Notes under the pieces: model-generated | The model's input: the letters and a program-made list of their open reading frames with translations, nothing else | Told to the model about the DNA's origin: nothing | Database searches by the model: none | Program-made: the position numbers and the translations under genes | From: Chiloscyllium plagiosum | Taxonomy: Eukaryota | Length of the DNA stretch: 64,000 bases | Direction: 5' to 3' | NCBI RefSeq assembly: GCF_004010195.1 | Contig: NC_057719.1 | Span: forward strand, 71,464,831-71,528,830 | In this document: positions 26,040-38,155 of the stretch, piece after piece | How positions within the stretch are numbered: position 1 is the stretch's first letter | Layout of the letters: each line of letters starts with the position of its first letter

Positions 26040-28083
26040 GTTAATGGCAAACATTAAAGAGTACATTGGAGGAATTGTAACAGTTATTCATTTCTGTCTG
26101 GCACAGAAATAGGAAGGGAAAGGTGGCCTGAACATGGCTAATAAGGGAATTTAGGAATAGCATCAGATTCCAGGAATGGCATATAAGTTGGTCAAAAAAG
26201 GCAGTAGATCTGCTGATTGGGAACAGTTTACATTTCATCAAAGGAGGACAAGGGGATTGATTAAGAGATGGGAAACAGAGTGCAAAAGTAAGTTTGCAGG
26301 GAACATCCAAACTGATAGTAAAAGCTTCTAAAGGTATATGGAGAGAAAAGGACTGGTGAAGGTCAATGTAGATCCCCTCCAATCAGAAACAGGAAATATT
26401 ACAATGGGGAACAAGGAGATGACAGATCAATTACAGACATATTTTGGTACTGTATTGACAAGGAGGAAACAAATAATGTCCCAAGAATATTGTGGAACAT
26501 AGGGTGAGTGGGAGGAACTGAAGAAGATCATTATTAGTAGGGAAATGGTGTTGAGGAAATTGCTGGGATTAATGGCTGATAAATCTCCAGGCCCCGATAA
26601 TCAACATCCGAGGGCACTTTAGGAAGTAGCCCCAGAAACAGTGGATGCATTGGTCATCATCGCTCAAGATTCCTTGAGTTCTGAACATTTCTTATGCATT
26701 AGGAGACAGCTAATGTAACCCCATTATTTAAAGAAAAGGAGGTCTAGAGAAAATAGGGAATTATAGAGCCGTTAGCCTGACATTAGAAGAAGGGAAACTG
26801 CTAGAATCCATTATAAAAATTTTAATAACAGAGCACTTAGAAAACAGTGAAGAATCAGGCAGAATCAGCGTGGATTTATGAAAGGCTCAACATGCTGAAT
26901 AAATCCTTTGGAATCTTTGAAAGATGTAACTGGTAAAGTTGATGAGTGGGTGTGGCTAACGTGGACTTTCAAAATGCTTTTGATAAGGCCTACATAAGAG
27001 ATTAGCATGTAAGGTTAAAGTGTATGGGATTGGGGCTAGTCCACTGATATGGATAGAGACCTGGCTGGCAGACAGGAGACAAAGAGTAGGAATAAAACAA
27101 GCACTTACCAATGGAGTACGGCAGTGACCAGCGCTTGACCCCTAGCTATTTGCAACATATAATGATTTAGATGAGGGAACTGAATGTAACATCTAGGAGT
27201 TTTCACATGACACAAGCTGGGTGGGATGGTGAGCTGTGAGGAGAATGCAGAGATGCTTCAGTGTGATGTGGACAAGTTCAGTGAGTGAGAAAAGCATGGC
27301 AGATGAAGTATAATGTAGAAAGTATGAGGTTAACCACTTTTGTAGCAAAACCAGGATGTTGGATTATTATGTGAATGCGATGGATTGGGCAAACCAGAAA
27401 TGCAGTGAAACCTGAGTGTTCTTGTATGCCGGTGGATGAAAGTAAGCGTGCAGGTGCAGCAGGAAGCCAGGCCACAAATGGAAGTTTGGACTTCATTGTG
27501 AGAGGATTCGAGTACAGAAACAGGGATGCCATGCTGCAATTGTACAGGGCCTTGGTGAGACCACATCCGGCGTACTGTGTGCAGTTCTGATGTCGTTATC
27601 TGAGGAAGGATGTTCTGGCTATGGAGGGAGTGCAGCAAAGGTTTACCAGGCTGGTTCTTGGGAAGGCAGGACAGACGTAAGAAGACAGACTAGATCGGGT
27701 AGGACTACATTCACTGGGGTTTTGAAGAATGAGGTAGGATCTCATTGAAACCTCCAAACTTCTAACAGGATTGGATAAGGTAAATGCAGGAAAGATGTTT
27801 GTGATGAGGGGAAAGTCCAGAACCAAAGATGACAGTTTAAAAGGGGTTGGGAATTTAGGACTGTGATGAGGAAATGTTTCTTCAGTGAGCCAATGGAACT
27901 CTCTGCCACAGAGTGGTCAAGGCTAAAACGTTGAATGATTTCAAGGAGGGCGAAAGGGATCAAAGAGTATGGAGAGAATGCAGAAACAGGGCATGGAGAC
28001 AGAATTGTATTGAATGGTGAAGAAGGTTCAAAGCACTGAACAGCCAAATCCTGCTCCTATTTTTGCTGCTTCTTTGTTTCTAT
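26040..28083 (+). mobile_element. CR1 LINE, about 2 kb decayed ORF2 and 3' UTR
   Basis: KSPGPD, GNYRAVSLT, DFQNAFDK and LQLYRALVRPHPAYCVQF motifs in the expected order. Confidence 0.9.
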
Positions 28084-28084
28084 A

Positions 28085-28180
28085 TTTTAGTGACATTCAT
28101 AGGATCAAAATTAGTATTTTAATGACTTACACAGATGTAATGTTAATATATCAGTGATGTTCATTGGATAAACATTAGTA
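28085..28180. repeat. Degenerate 32-bp minisatellite (distal block, 3 units)
   Basis: ttttagtgacattcataggatcaaaattagta / ttttaatgacttacacagatgtaatgttaata / tatcagtgatgttcattggataaacattagta, each 32 nt. Confidence 0.8.
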
Positions 28181-29104
28181 CTTTGATATTGATCGAGTCT
28201 GTTGAATTGAGAAATCTTCCAGTGTTTTTATCCATTACTGCCTTGGATGTGAAGCATTTCACTGTATATTAAATGCCAGAACAGATGGAAACTATAAACA
28301 AAAAATGTAAATGAGCCTTGTGTTAATCAAGGATACAAACAGTTCCAGAGTTTCTTTTCTTTCCTGTGATAACTGATAAAAATAAATGGCTAAGGAGATA
28401 ATAGGGCATTTTAAAAACATATTTTGCTTAATAACAGATGTTGCCCATAGACACAGAATGAGGACCAAGGTAAGAAACTCAAGGACAGTAATGGCAGGGA
28501 GACAAGTGAATTAAACTGGAGGAAGCAGGGAGATTCAGAGTGAAACTCAAACTAAGAGCAGGATGAAATATTTTCAAGTAATCAGAGTGCATAATTAGCA
28601 AATTATGGGAGTATTGAAATCTCAAACAATATCTAATTTAATTGTAAGTATCTGAAATTAAGTTAATTACCAACACACAGAAATTTAAGTTCATGACAGT
28701 GATTTTGCTTTTCCAACAGTTGAGAATATATTACACTAATGAAGGAAAACCTTCACTATTTTAATTAAGATATATTTAGGATTCTAATGTTTTCCCTATT
28801 TATATCACCTGTTTTTAAATCATTTAATAAGTTTTAAAAGATTATGACAACTGAAATGAGAACAGTACACTGTCTTTCTCCAGTCTGACTATTCTACAGG
28901 TCACAACATAAATTTCATTATTTTAACTGGTTTCCGATATGGTCAATGAAATGTTTCCGCTGTATTAGACTTCAAAAATAAAAATATCCATCAGCCAACT
29001 TTATTTAATAAAGATAAAATTATTAATATATTTGACAAGATGAGAAACTGGTACACATACTCAATTTGTAATATGAAAATATTATATATCACTCTAAATA
29101 AAAC

Positions 29105-29227
<123 letters not shown>

Positions 29228-29867
29228 AACCAGGTAAAGGGGAAAACAAAGATATCTCTCTCCAAACATTACAAATAAAAACTTTTGGCCATTGTCAGTC
29301 TGACAAAATTTGAAAAGTGAAACATCAATTTCAAATATGTTTTGTTACAAAGTGTAGACTAAAATAAAAATACTTCTTCAAAATTAAGACATTTGTACTC
29401 ATTTTCATTCATTTTTGCTGACCTATCACATATACAGTTCTCTTTGATAGCTTCTTGGAACTTAGTTCATTCATACAAAGTTATATTTTTGTAAAAGCAT
29501 CAACAATTTCATTATTCCCTACTTTGTGGTCAACGATGAAGTAATAAGGCTAGAACTGCAAACTTCACTCAAACAGCCTGGCATTTTTATTTAAAATGTT
29601 TCCACAAAGGCTATGGCTAAGTGTATACCAGTGTTTCCATGGAGCTCTGTTGTTTACAAACTTCAAAACATTTAAGAGCCAGCAGTAACTCCAAGGTTTA
29701 TTTTTCAATGTAGAACATCTGGTTTGGTGTTGATTTAGCTTTTACAAAAAGTATCCCACTGGCTTCTTTGTGCCAGACCCTCAAAGTCACCATCATTGAT
29801 TGCGCCCTTGAATAATTTAGTGAAATTAGGGGCATCCAATGTTGAAAAGTGAACAAAATAATCTAAA

Positions 29868-30083
29868 TTTGGAGATGCCGGTGTTGGACTGGGGTGTACA
29901 AAGTTAAAAATCACACAACACCAGGTTATAGTCCAGCAAGTTTATTTGGAAGCACTAGCTTTCGGCGCGATGCTCCTTCATCAGGTGGTTGTGGAACCTG
30001 ATGAAGGAGCAGTGCTCCAAAAGCTAATGTGCTTCCAATTAAACCTGTTGGACTATAACCTGGTGTTGTGTGATTTTTAACCT
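29868..30083. mobile_element. Palindromic PLE-derived element (family P2) with two opposed hammerhead cores
   Basis: Same arms as the 20223 element; 13-bp TSD aaaataatctaaa at 29855-29867 and 30084-30096. Confidence 0.88.
29953..29987 (-). ncRNA. Minimal type-I hammerhead ribozyme motif (PLE type), intact core
   Basis: Minus strand reads CAC CUGAUGA A GGAGC AUC GCGCC GAAA GCUA GUG. Stem I is cac/gug, stem II is a hairpin with one mismatch, and palindromic AGCU replaces stem III. Confidence 0.75.
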
Positions 30084-30369
30084 AAAATAATCTAAAGCTG
30101 CTTGGCATTCCCCTGATCGTATTTCATTGGCTCTTTTTTGTATTAAATCAGTCAGTGAAGCAATGATAGTGTTGCGGTTTGGTCCAAATTTGCAATAGAA
30201 ACATCCTCCAAAAAAAATCTGAGAGTTTCTCATTTAGTTTTGGGGCAGGGAGCGCCAGTAAAACCAGTAATTTTGCTGGTCTTGGCAGCACTTATGCTTG
30301 ACCCACTACATGCCCCTGGTAGGTTGCCTACACTTTTGTCAACTCACATTTGGCAAGGATTTTGGAGAC

Positions 30370-30545
30370 TTGGATCTGGGATAAGTGGGGGAGGGAAGAT
30401 GAGGAAACTGGGGAAATCAACATTGATGCCATGTGGTTGGAGGGTCCCAAGGAGGAATATGAGGCTTCCTTCCTCCAGGCATTGGGGGCCCAAAGGTGGA
30501 AGATGAGGCTCCAACCACATGGGATCAATGTTGATTTCACCAAAT
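30370..30545. mobile_element. PLE fragment containing an inversion junction
   Basis: It is the reverse complement of the central junction (about 31217-31410) of the neighbouring PLE palindrome. Confidence 0.8.
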
Positions 30546-30916
30546 CAATTAGCTATAATTGTTTAAATACAACTTCTAAGTGTTTCAACTGGTACATTGA
30601 ACTGGTACTGTATACCAGCACCTAGATCATCAAGATAAACCAAACCGAATCATAAAATTATCACAGTGCAGTAAGTAACTGTTTGGCCTAATGTACCTGC
30701 AGTGGCCTGATTATCTAGTGCCAATTTTCTACCTTTTCTCCATATCCCTGCAGACCACTATGATCCAAAAAGAATCCAATGCCCTCTTGAATACCTCAAC
30801 CAAACCTACCTCCACCACATTTCCAATCAGTGCTTTCCATACTCCAACAACTCAATGTGAGAAGCTTTGTTTCTCCCAACACCGTTGCTTTGTTTGCTCA
30901 TCACTATAAATCTTTG

Positions 30917-31732
30917 TCAAAAAGTGTGGCACTGGAAAAGCACAGCCAGTCAGGCAGCATCTGAGGAGCAGGAGAATCAGCATTTCGAGCATAAGCCCTT
31001 CATCAGGAAAGTGGGGGAAGGGGTGGAGCAGGTAGGAAGGCAGCTAGGAATGTGATAGGTTCATGGAAGGGTAGGGGTGATGGGGATAGGTTGGAGCAGA
31101 GGGTGAAGCGGACAGGTAGGAAGGAAGATGGTCAGGTGGGGCAATTCAAGAGGGTGGTGCCAAGTTGGATGGTTGGATCTGGGATAAGGTGAGGAGGGAG
31201 GGGAGATGAGGAAACTGGTGAAATCGACATTGATCCCATGTGATTGGAGGGTCCCAAGGCAGAAAATGAGCCTCATCTTCTACTTGGGCCCCCTGATGCT
31301 TGGAGGAAGAAAGCCTCATATTCCTCGTTGGGACCCTCCAACCACATGGCATCAATGTTTATTTCCCCAGTTTCCTCATCTCCCCTCCCCCAACCTTATC
31401 TCAGATCCAACTCTCCAACTCGGCACTGTCCTCTTCACCTATCCTACCTGTCCATCATCCTTCCCACATATCTGCTCCACCCTCCCCACCGACCTACCAC
31501 AATTATCCCCCCCAACTTCATCTACCTGTCACATTCCCAGCTACCTTCCCTTAGCCCCAACCCCCTCCCATTTATCTCTCAGCCCCCTTGCACCTCCCCC
31601 ACATTCCTGATGAAGACCTTATGCTCAAAATGTCGACTCTCCTGCTCCTCGGATACTGCCTGACTGGCTGTGCTTTTCCAGCACCACACTCTTCGACTCT
31701 GATCTCCAGCATCTGCAGTCCTCACTTTCTCC
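30917..31732. mobile_element. Large head-to-head PLE 3'-end palindrome inserted in an older minus-strand CR1
   Basis: The left arm (minus) and right arm (plus) both encode LIFxLGTLQxHGINV and end in the P1 terminus. CR1 sequence lies at about 30650-30916 and 31733-31990. Confidence 0.85.
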
Positions 31733-32029
31733 TACTTTAAACCTATGTTTTCTCATTCTTGTTTCGTTTCCAAGAAAAAGCAGCTTCATCATATCTAGTC
31801 TGTCCAGTTTGCTCATGCTCTGAAAACGTCAATCAGATCTCCCCTCTACCTTCTTCTCCCTGGGGAGAACAACCTAACTTTTTCAATCCATCTTCATAGC
31901 TGAAGTATTTCATACCTGTAATCACTCTAGCATATCGCTTCTGCACTGCCTTTGAATCTTTCCAATAACATGGCTACTGCACAAAATACCGAGGCTTGGG
32001 ATTCAGGGTGATGTACTGCAAGAATTTGT

Positions 32030-32986
32030 TTTGTGTCCACTGTTGTTTGTCATTTTCATAAATGACCTGAATGAGGACGTAGAAGGATGGGTTAATAAAT
32101 TTGCGGATGACACTAACGTCGGTAGAGTGGGTAGTGCTGAAGGATATTGCAGGTTACAGAGGGACATGGATAAGTTGCAGAGCTGGGCTGAGAGGTGGCA
32201 AGTAGAGTTTAATGAGGAAAAGTGTGAGGTGATTCACTTTGGAAGGAGTAACAGGAGTGCAGAGTACTGGGCTAATGGTAAGATTCTTGGTAGTGTAGAT
32301 GAGCAGAGAGATCTTGGTGTCCTTGTACACAGATCCCGGAAAGTTGCCATCCAGGTTGATAGGGTTGTTAAGAAGGCATACGGTTTGTTAGCTTTTATTG
32401 GTAGAGGGATTGAGTTTCGGAACCATGAGGTCATGCTGCAGCTGTACAAAACTCTGCTGCAGTTGCACTTGAAGTATAGTGTACAGTTCTGGATACTGCA
32501 TTTACAGGAAGGATGTAGAAGAATTAGAAAGGGTTCAGAGGGGATTTACAAGGATGTTGCCTGGTATGGAAGGTAAGTCTTATGAGGAAAGGCTGGGGGA
32601 CTTGAGGCTGTTTTTGTTAGAGAGAAGAAGGTTGAGAGGTGACTTAATAGAAACACATAAGATAATCAGAGGGTTAGATAGGGTGGATAGTGAGAGCCTT
32701 TTTCCTTGGATGGCGATGGCTAGCACAAGGGGACATAGCTTTAAATTGAGGGATGATTGATATAGGACAGATGTCAGAGGTAGTTTCTTTAATCAGAGAG
32801 TAGTAGGGGCGTGGAACACACTGCCTGCAACAGTAGTAGACTCGCCAACTTAAAGGGCACTTGAATGGTTATTGGATAGGCATATGGACAAGAATGGAAT
32901 AGTGCAGATTAGATGGGCTTCAGATTGCTTTCACTGGTTGGCACAAATTCGAGGGCTGAACGGCGCTATAACGTTCTATGTTCTAT
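32030..32986 (+). mobile_element. CR1 LINE 3' part, relatively young
   Basis: 181-aa ORF with PLLFVIFINDL, KFADDT, FNEEKCEVIHFG and LQLYKTL; ends in a ttctatgttctatg tail. Confidence 0.93.
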
Positions 32987-33047
32987 GGCACGCACAATGG
33001 TACACAATACTTCAGCTGAGGTCAACATTTAGACGTTCAGACTTAGA

Positions 33048-34010
33048 GTTATAGAGTCATAGAGATGTACAGCATGGAAACAGACCCTTCGGTCCCACCC
33101 GTCCATGCTGAGCAGATATCCCAACCCAATCTAGTCCCACTTGCCAGCACCCNNNNNNNNNNNNNNNNNNNNNNNNNNNNNNNNNNNNNNNNNNNNNNNN
33201 NNNNNNNNNNNNNNNNNNNNNNNNNNNNNNNNNNNNNNNNNNNNNNNNNNNNNNNNNNNNNNNNNNNNNNNNNNNNNNNNNNNNNNNNNNNNNNNNNNNN
33301 NNNNNNNNNNNNNNNNNNNNNNNNNNNNNNNNNNNNNNNNNNNNNNNNNNNNNNNNNNNNNNNNNNNNNNNNNNNNNNNNNNNNNNNNNNNNNNNNNNNN
33401 NNNNNNNNNNNNNNNNNNNNNNNNNNNNNNNNNNNNNNNNNNNNNNNNNNNNNNNNNNNNNNNNNNNNNNNNNNNNNNNNNNNNNNNNNNNNNNNNNNNN
33501 NNNNNNNCTCCCTAGGACCTTACCATTAAGTGTATAAGTCCTGCTAAGATTTGCTTTCCCAAAATGCAGCACCTCGCATTTATCTGAATTAAACTCCATC
33601 TGCCACTTCTCAGCCCATTGGCCCATCTGGTCCAGATCCTGTTGTAATCTGAAGTAACCTTCTTCGCTGTCCACTACACCTCCAATGTTGGTGTCATCTG
33701 CAAACTTCCTAACTATACCTCTTATGCTCACATCCAAATCATTTATGTAAATGACAAAAAGTAGTGGATCAGCCCCGATCCTTGTGGCACTCCACTGGTC
33801 ACAGGTCTCCAGTCTGAAAAACAACCATCCACCACCACCCTCTGTCTTCTACCTTTGAGCCAGTTCTGTATCCAAATGGTTAGTTCTCCCTCTATTCCGT
33901 GAGATCTAAGCTTGCTTACCAGTCTCCCATGGGGAACCTTGTTGAACACCTCACTGAAGTCCATAGAGAGCACATCTACCGCTCTGCCCTCATCAATCCT
34001 CTTTGTTACT
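33048..34010 (-). mobile_element. CR1 LINE 3' part spanning an assembly gap
   Basis: KVPHGRLVSKL, SGVPQGS, YINDLD, KFADDT and FNSDKCEVLHFG motifs; CR1 tail at about 33050-33150. Confidence 0.92.
33153..33507. other. Assembly gap (N run)
   Basis: 355 consecutive n. Confidence 1.
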
Positions 34011-35731
34011 TTTATTTAGAATAAATTGCTTTTAGAAATTTGAAAATAGTTGAGTACTTTATTGTTTCTTTAAATCATATAATTGATTAAAAAATTGCAT
34101 AAATTTGGAAATATATTGCATTTGGTAAGAGACCTGCATAATTATAAGCATCATTAGTAATCCTATGAAAAATCATACTAATACTTGTAAGCCCCAAGTA
34201 GTATACAGCAAATCAAGCACTTTGACACTGAGAGGAGCCAATTCCAGGTTCACAATCACTTCGGCTAACAACATTTTGTAGTCTAGAGTGTTTAACCTTT
34301 CTGTAACTAGCAACATCAGAGAGCTGAGAAAGTGGACCTGCAAATTTCCTGTTGAGTTGAGGCTGCCTGTTTCTGGAGTGGGCTTAGAATTTCCCCATGC
34401 CCAGAGACACAATCAAACAATCTTATTACTGAGAAGATCAGGAATCTTTTACAGGATATTCCCCCCGTCTCAACACACCTTTGATTTTAAATCTCACTCT
34501 ATTCCCTGCAATTGCAATTCTTCAGAGGATAAATTGTATATCAGGTACAGTATCTTCTGGTGTCTTATATCCAGTTTTAGGCTGTTAAGAAAGAAACTTC
34601 AATTCTGCACTGCTTTTTCTGTTTCTTTGAATGTATCCTCATGGCACGAATGGAAGTCATGCTTAAGATGGAAAAGTGTTCATGATTACTGGCTTTTAAA
34701 CATCTGCATGGATGATGATTGAATGAGGTGAAGCTTTAATTTTCATACTTTAGGGAGCAATATATAACATGTTTTTGATGCTTTTCTAAGGTCTAGACTG
34801 TTTACACCTATTTGGATACATTAGTGTGTTCTCATGAGATTGAGACAGAATTTGGGCTTACCTTGCAATAGAATGAATGGATGGATTTTGGTTTGATTAT
34901 CCTCATACAGGAAATTAAAGGCCAGGAATTAGTCCACAATTCTGATTTGAAAGCATGTAACAGAATTGGGCCAAGCACCGATACGCAGAGCGGTACCAAA
35001 TTGAAATGGAGAAAGTGTGACAGTGGCATATAAAGGTGACACTTCTCGAAGAAGTGTAAAAGTATCTTTCCATATTTGGAACCTCATCCGCAATTCTCAT
35101 GTTATTGATGAAGCATCAGGATGGAATATTCTATGAGCTAATAGCAGGGGTAATGCATTTCGATATCCCCTGAACCCGTTGGCTCCGTTGCTAGTTAGAT
35201 ATAGCATCCATTTGAACAAAAAGGTTTAAGCAATAGAGGCCAATTATTCACATGCATGTCTTGGTAAGCCCTCTATTAATTCATTGCTATCATTTCAAAT
35301 TTTGTAATTTGTTATCATTACTTTCTCAGCTCTTTCCTATTAAATTGCATTAATCAAAGCTTTTTCAGTGAAGCTGTTTTTCTCTCGGGGAAGGGAGGGG
35401 GCATTTGAAGTCCCCCACTATAACAACAGGGCTAAAGCTATTTCCACAGTAATCATCTGCTGTGAAGAACATTTGAAAAAATAATTCTGAATCATCGATG
35501 TCAGATGTCACATTCTGTCACAGCGCCTGGAATTTATTAAATGCTACAAATTATACTGTAGTGTAAATTAAAAAATGTTGTTTATTCAGTTCGATTAAAA
35601 TTCAGGATTCAAGCTTTGTGTCAACTCATTGCACATTGTACAAGTGTGCCATGTGTGTTTTCAGGAGATATTGGTGCTGTATTTAATATTTTATTCTAAT
35701 GATCTGTGGATTTCTGATAAAAACAACCTAC

Positions 35732-35892
35732 CAGCAACATCTCATCTGGTGCAGTTGGCGTCAGGTCATTAGAGACGGACCGTGAAGTGCTCAGCCCTGT
35801 CAGTGAAACATTGGAAAGGCGTCTCTTCCTCACACCACTGCAGTTGTTCGGGATTTTGAATGCACATCTTTTGTGGTAGTTGAGACCACATC
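35732..35892 (-). CDS. PRKD1: PRKD1 coding exon, end of C1a plus linker (equivalent to human exon 4); not represented in this frame in the ORF track
   Basis: Minus strand reads tttgcag|GA TGT GGT CTC AAC TAC CAC ... ATG TTG CTG|gtaggt, 161 nt, phase 1/0. It translates (G)[53 protein letters not shown], joins both neighbouring exons in frame and keeps the RRLSNVS phospho-motif. Confidence 0.97.
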
Positions 35893-35961
35893 CTGCAAAT
35901 ATTTAAATTAAAATATATCATTGTAAATAATTGAAAAAGACTTAATTTTGATTTAGTAAGA

Positions 35962-36385
35962 AAATCAACATCACTCAAATGAATTATCTGATCATGACTT
36001 CATTCCATTTGCAAATATTATTGTGTGCAATTTGGTTATCATGTTGCCTATATTGCAAGGAGAAAGTAAGGGCTGCAGATGCCAGAGATCAGAGCCGAGA
36101 GTGTGGTGCTGGAAAAGCACAGCAGGTTAGGCAGCATCCGAAGAGCAGGAGAATCGACGTTTCAGGCATAAGCCCTCCATCGGAAATGACATATTCTTGA
36201 TAAAGAGCTTAGACCCGAAACATTGATTCTCCTGCTCCTCAGATGTCGCCTGGCCTGCTGTGCTTTTCCAGCACCACACTCTCGAGCCTATCTTGCAACA
36301 AAGGGCTAATTTGTTTTACTGGATATAGTGAACTTGGTTTAGTGTGAAATCCTGAAAAGGAAATTATAAATGCAAGTTTTTCTTT
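35962..36385 (+). mobile_element. DeuSINE 3' half interrupted by a P1 hairpin element (36059-36285)
   Basis: atcaacatcact...attatctgatcat...tgtgtgcaatttgg...ataaatgcaagtttttcttt. The insert has TSD gcctat(a/c)ttgcaa at 36046-36058 and 36286-36298. Confidence 0.72.
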
Positions 36386-37659
36386 AAGAAATAAATTCAA
36401 ACTGGAGTCCTGATACATTATATATTAACTATGTGAAGAGGCCACATTAAGGCCAAATGCATAAAAATAACAGTGCTGAAATTTTGTAATAATTGTTACT
36501 TACCATGGCAATATGTTTTTTCATAATTATAACTAATCATTTGCTATTTATTTAGGTAGTTGAAAATCGAATTAAAGAAGTTGCATTAAAGTAGCATAAG
36601 AATAACTTATGTTAATTATCTGTCAAAGGAGCATAAAATATTCTCGTCTGACAAAAACAAACACTGGATGGCTGACTGATAAGATCACCCCACACTGCAG
36701 CTGGAGGAATTTAAATTCCACTAAGAAATATGGAATAAGATGCTAATCTCATTTCGTAATGGTCATGAAACTATGGGCATCCTTGGTTACTGCAAGGACA
36801 TCAGCTCTCTCTAGATCCAGAGAAACAGGATAAGAGGTTAGAGAGGGAGATGTTGTTTGGGTGGTGTTAAATGTCACAGGGCAAGGGGTGGTGGTGGTGG
36901 GGGAGGGGCGCAGGGGAGGTCAGAAACAACAACAGGCAAGTGTCGCTCCGAGGCTATTCCCCCTGCTCAATGCCAAACCCATTAATCCTACATGAGTTAG
37001 TGCTGATTGAGGGAAATCCCTTCTCCCCACAAACTGACAGTCTGCCTGCACCAGTGCTCGTCAGTTCCGTTGGCTCTTTTTCATCTGGCCTCGAGATGAA
37101 GTAATTGGAGTCAAGGCAGGATGAGGCCCCTAAGTAGGTGCTAATTGACCACACTTAGAGTCTTTAGTTGGCAGTGGGCCGTGCAGGTGGACCATGGATT
37201 TCCCGCCTAGAACTTAATTTCGGATATAGTAGGATGGCTCAGATACCAACCCATCAGATTAACTCTCCTTCCAGTCACCTTCTCTGCCATTTCTCAGGAG
37301 GAAAAGATTCTATCCTAGTTCCTAATATGGATGGTGTGCCGCCTAGAGTTGCCACAGTATCTCAGGGAATTGACTGATTTCGAATCGCTGGCTCTGTTTC
37401 AAATCAATTTCATTTAGTACAATGATAATACCTGACGTATGATCAACAGTATCCTCAGTGAGAAGTTGGAACATTATTTCCACAAGGACTGTGGGGAGAT
37501 TGCTTGGTCACTCCCACCAATACCACCATTGACAAATACAGTTGCAATAGGTAGAAACATAAGAATTATAAGCCATTTGGTTGTTTGAGCCTGCTCTATC
37601 ATTAATTATTATGGCTGTTTATTCGGCTCAATAGCCTGTTCCCACTGCAGTTTCCTTTC

Positions 37660-38155
37660 TCCATGTTTAACTTGATGCCCAAAATCTTCATAGGATCCAG
37701 AGTCAATGCTGAAGATTCCAAGGGTAACTCCTTCCTAACTGTATATTACTATTTCTGCTGCATCTTTCCTGTCTTTGGAACAGAGATGGTGAAGGTGGAT
37801 GTCAGGGGAATTAGCTGTTAGGTACAATTCCGTGAGCATGACTATGTCAGACTATTGCAACACCAGTTGGTGGGTCAGGTCTCCCAATTCCTGAACAAGC
37901 TCCAGAAATTCGAAAATGAGTACGTTTCACAGTCGACAGGACTGGATGCTGTAACTTGCAATCCTTAGGTTGATGTTAGGTGATCTTTCTGATTTGGTTC
38001 CATACAATTAAGTGGCTTGCGAGGCCATTACAGGGGGCAGTAAATAATCAAGCACATTGTTGTTGATCTGGAGTCACATATAGGCCATATCAGGTAAAGG
38101 TGGCAGATTTCCTCCCCTGAAGGGTTTTTGAGGACCTTATGGGTTCTTATATGAT
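37660..38155 (-). mobile_element. Family-B LINE 5' fragment (APE start and head); the head continues at 40320-40455
   Basis: Matches 15580-16090 (ggatccagagtcaatg, atgactatgtcag, ctggagtcacatatagg) and is interrupted by the CR1 at 38155-40318. Confidence 0.72.

Noticed and set aside
33057..33824. Long ORFs across N runs (also 24381-24786)
   Set aside because: Their length is an artefact of the assembly gaps.
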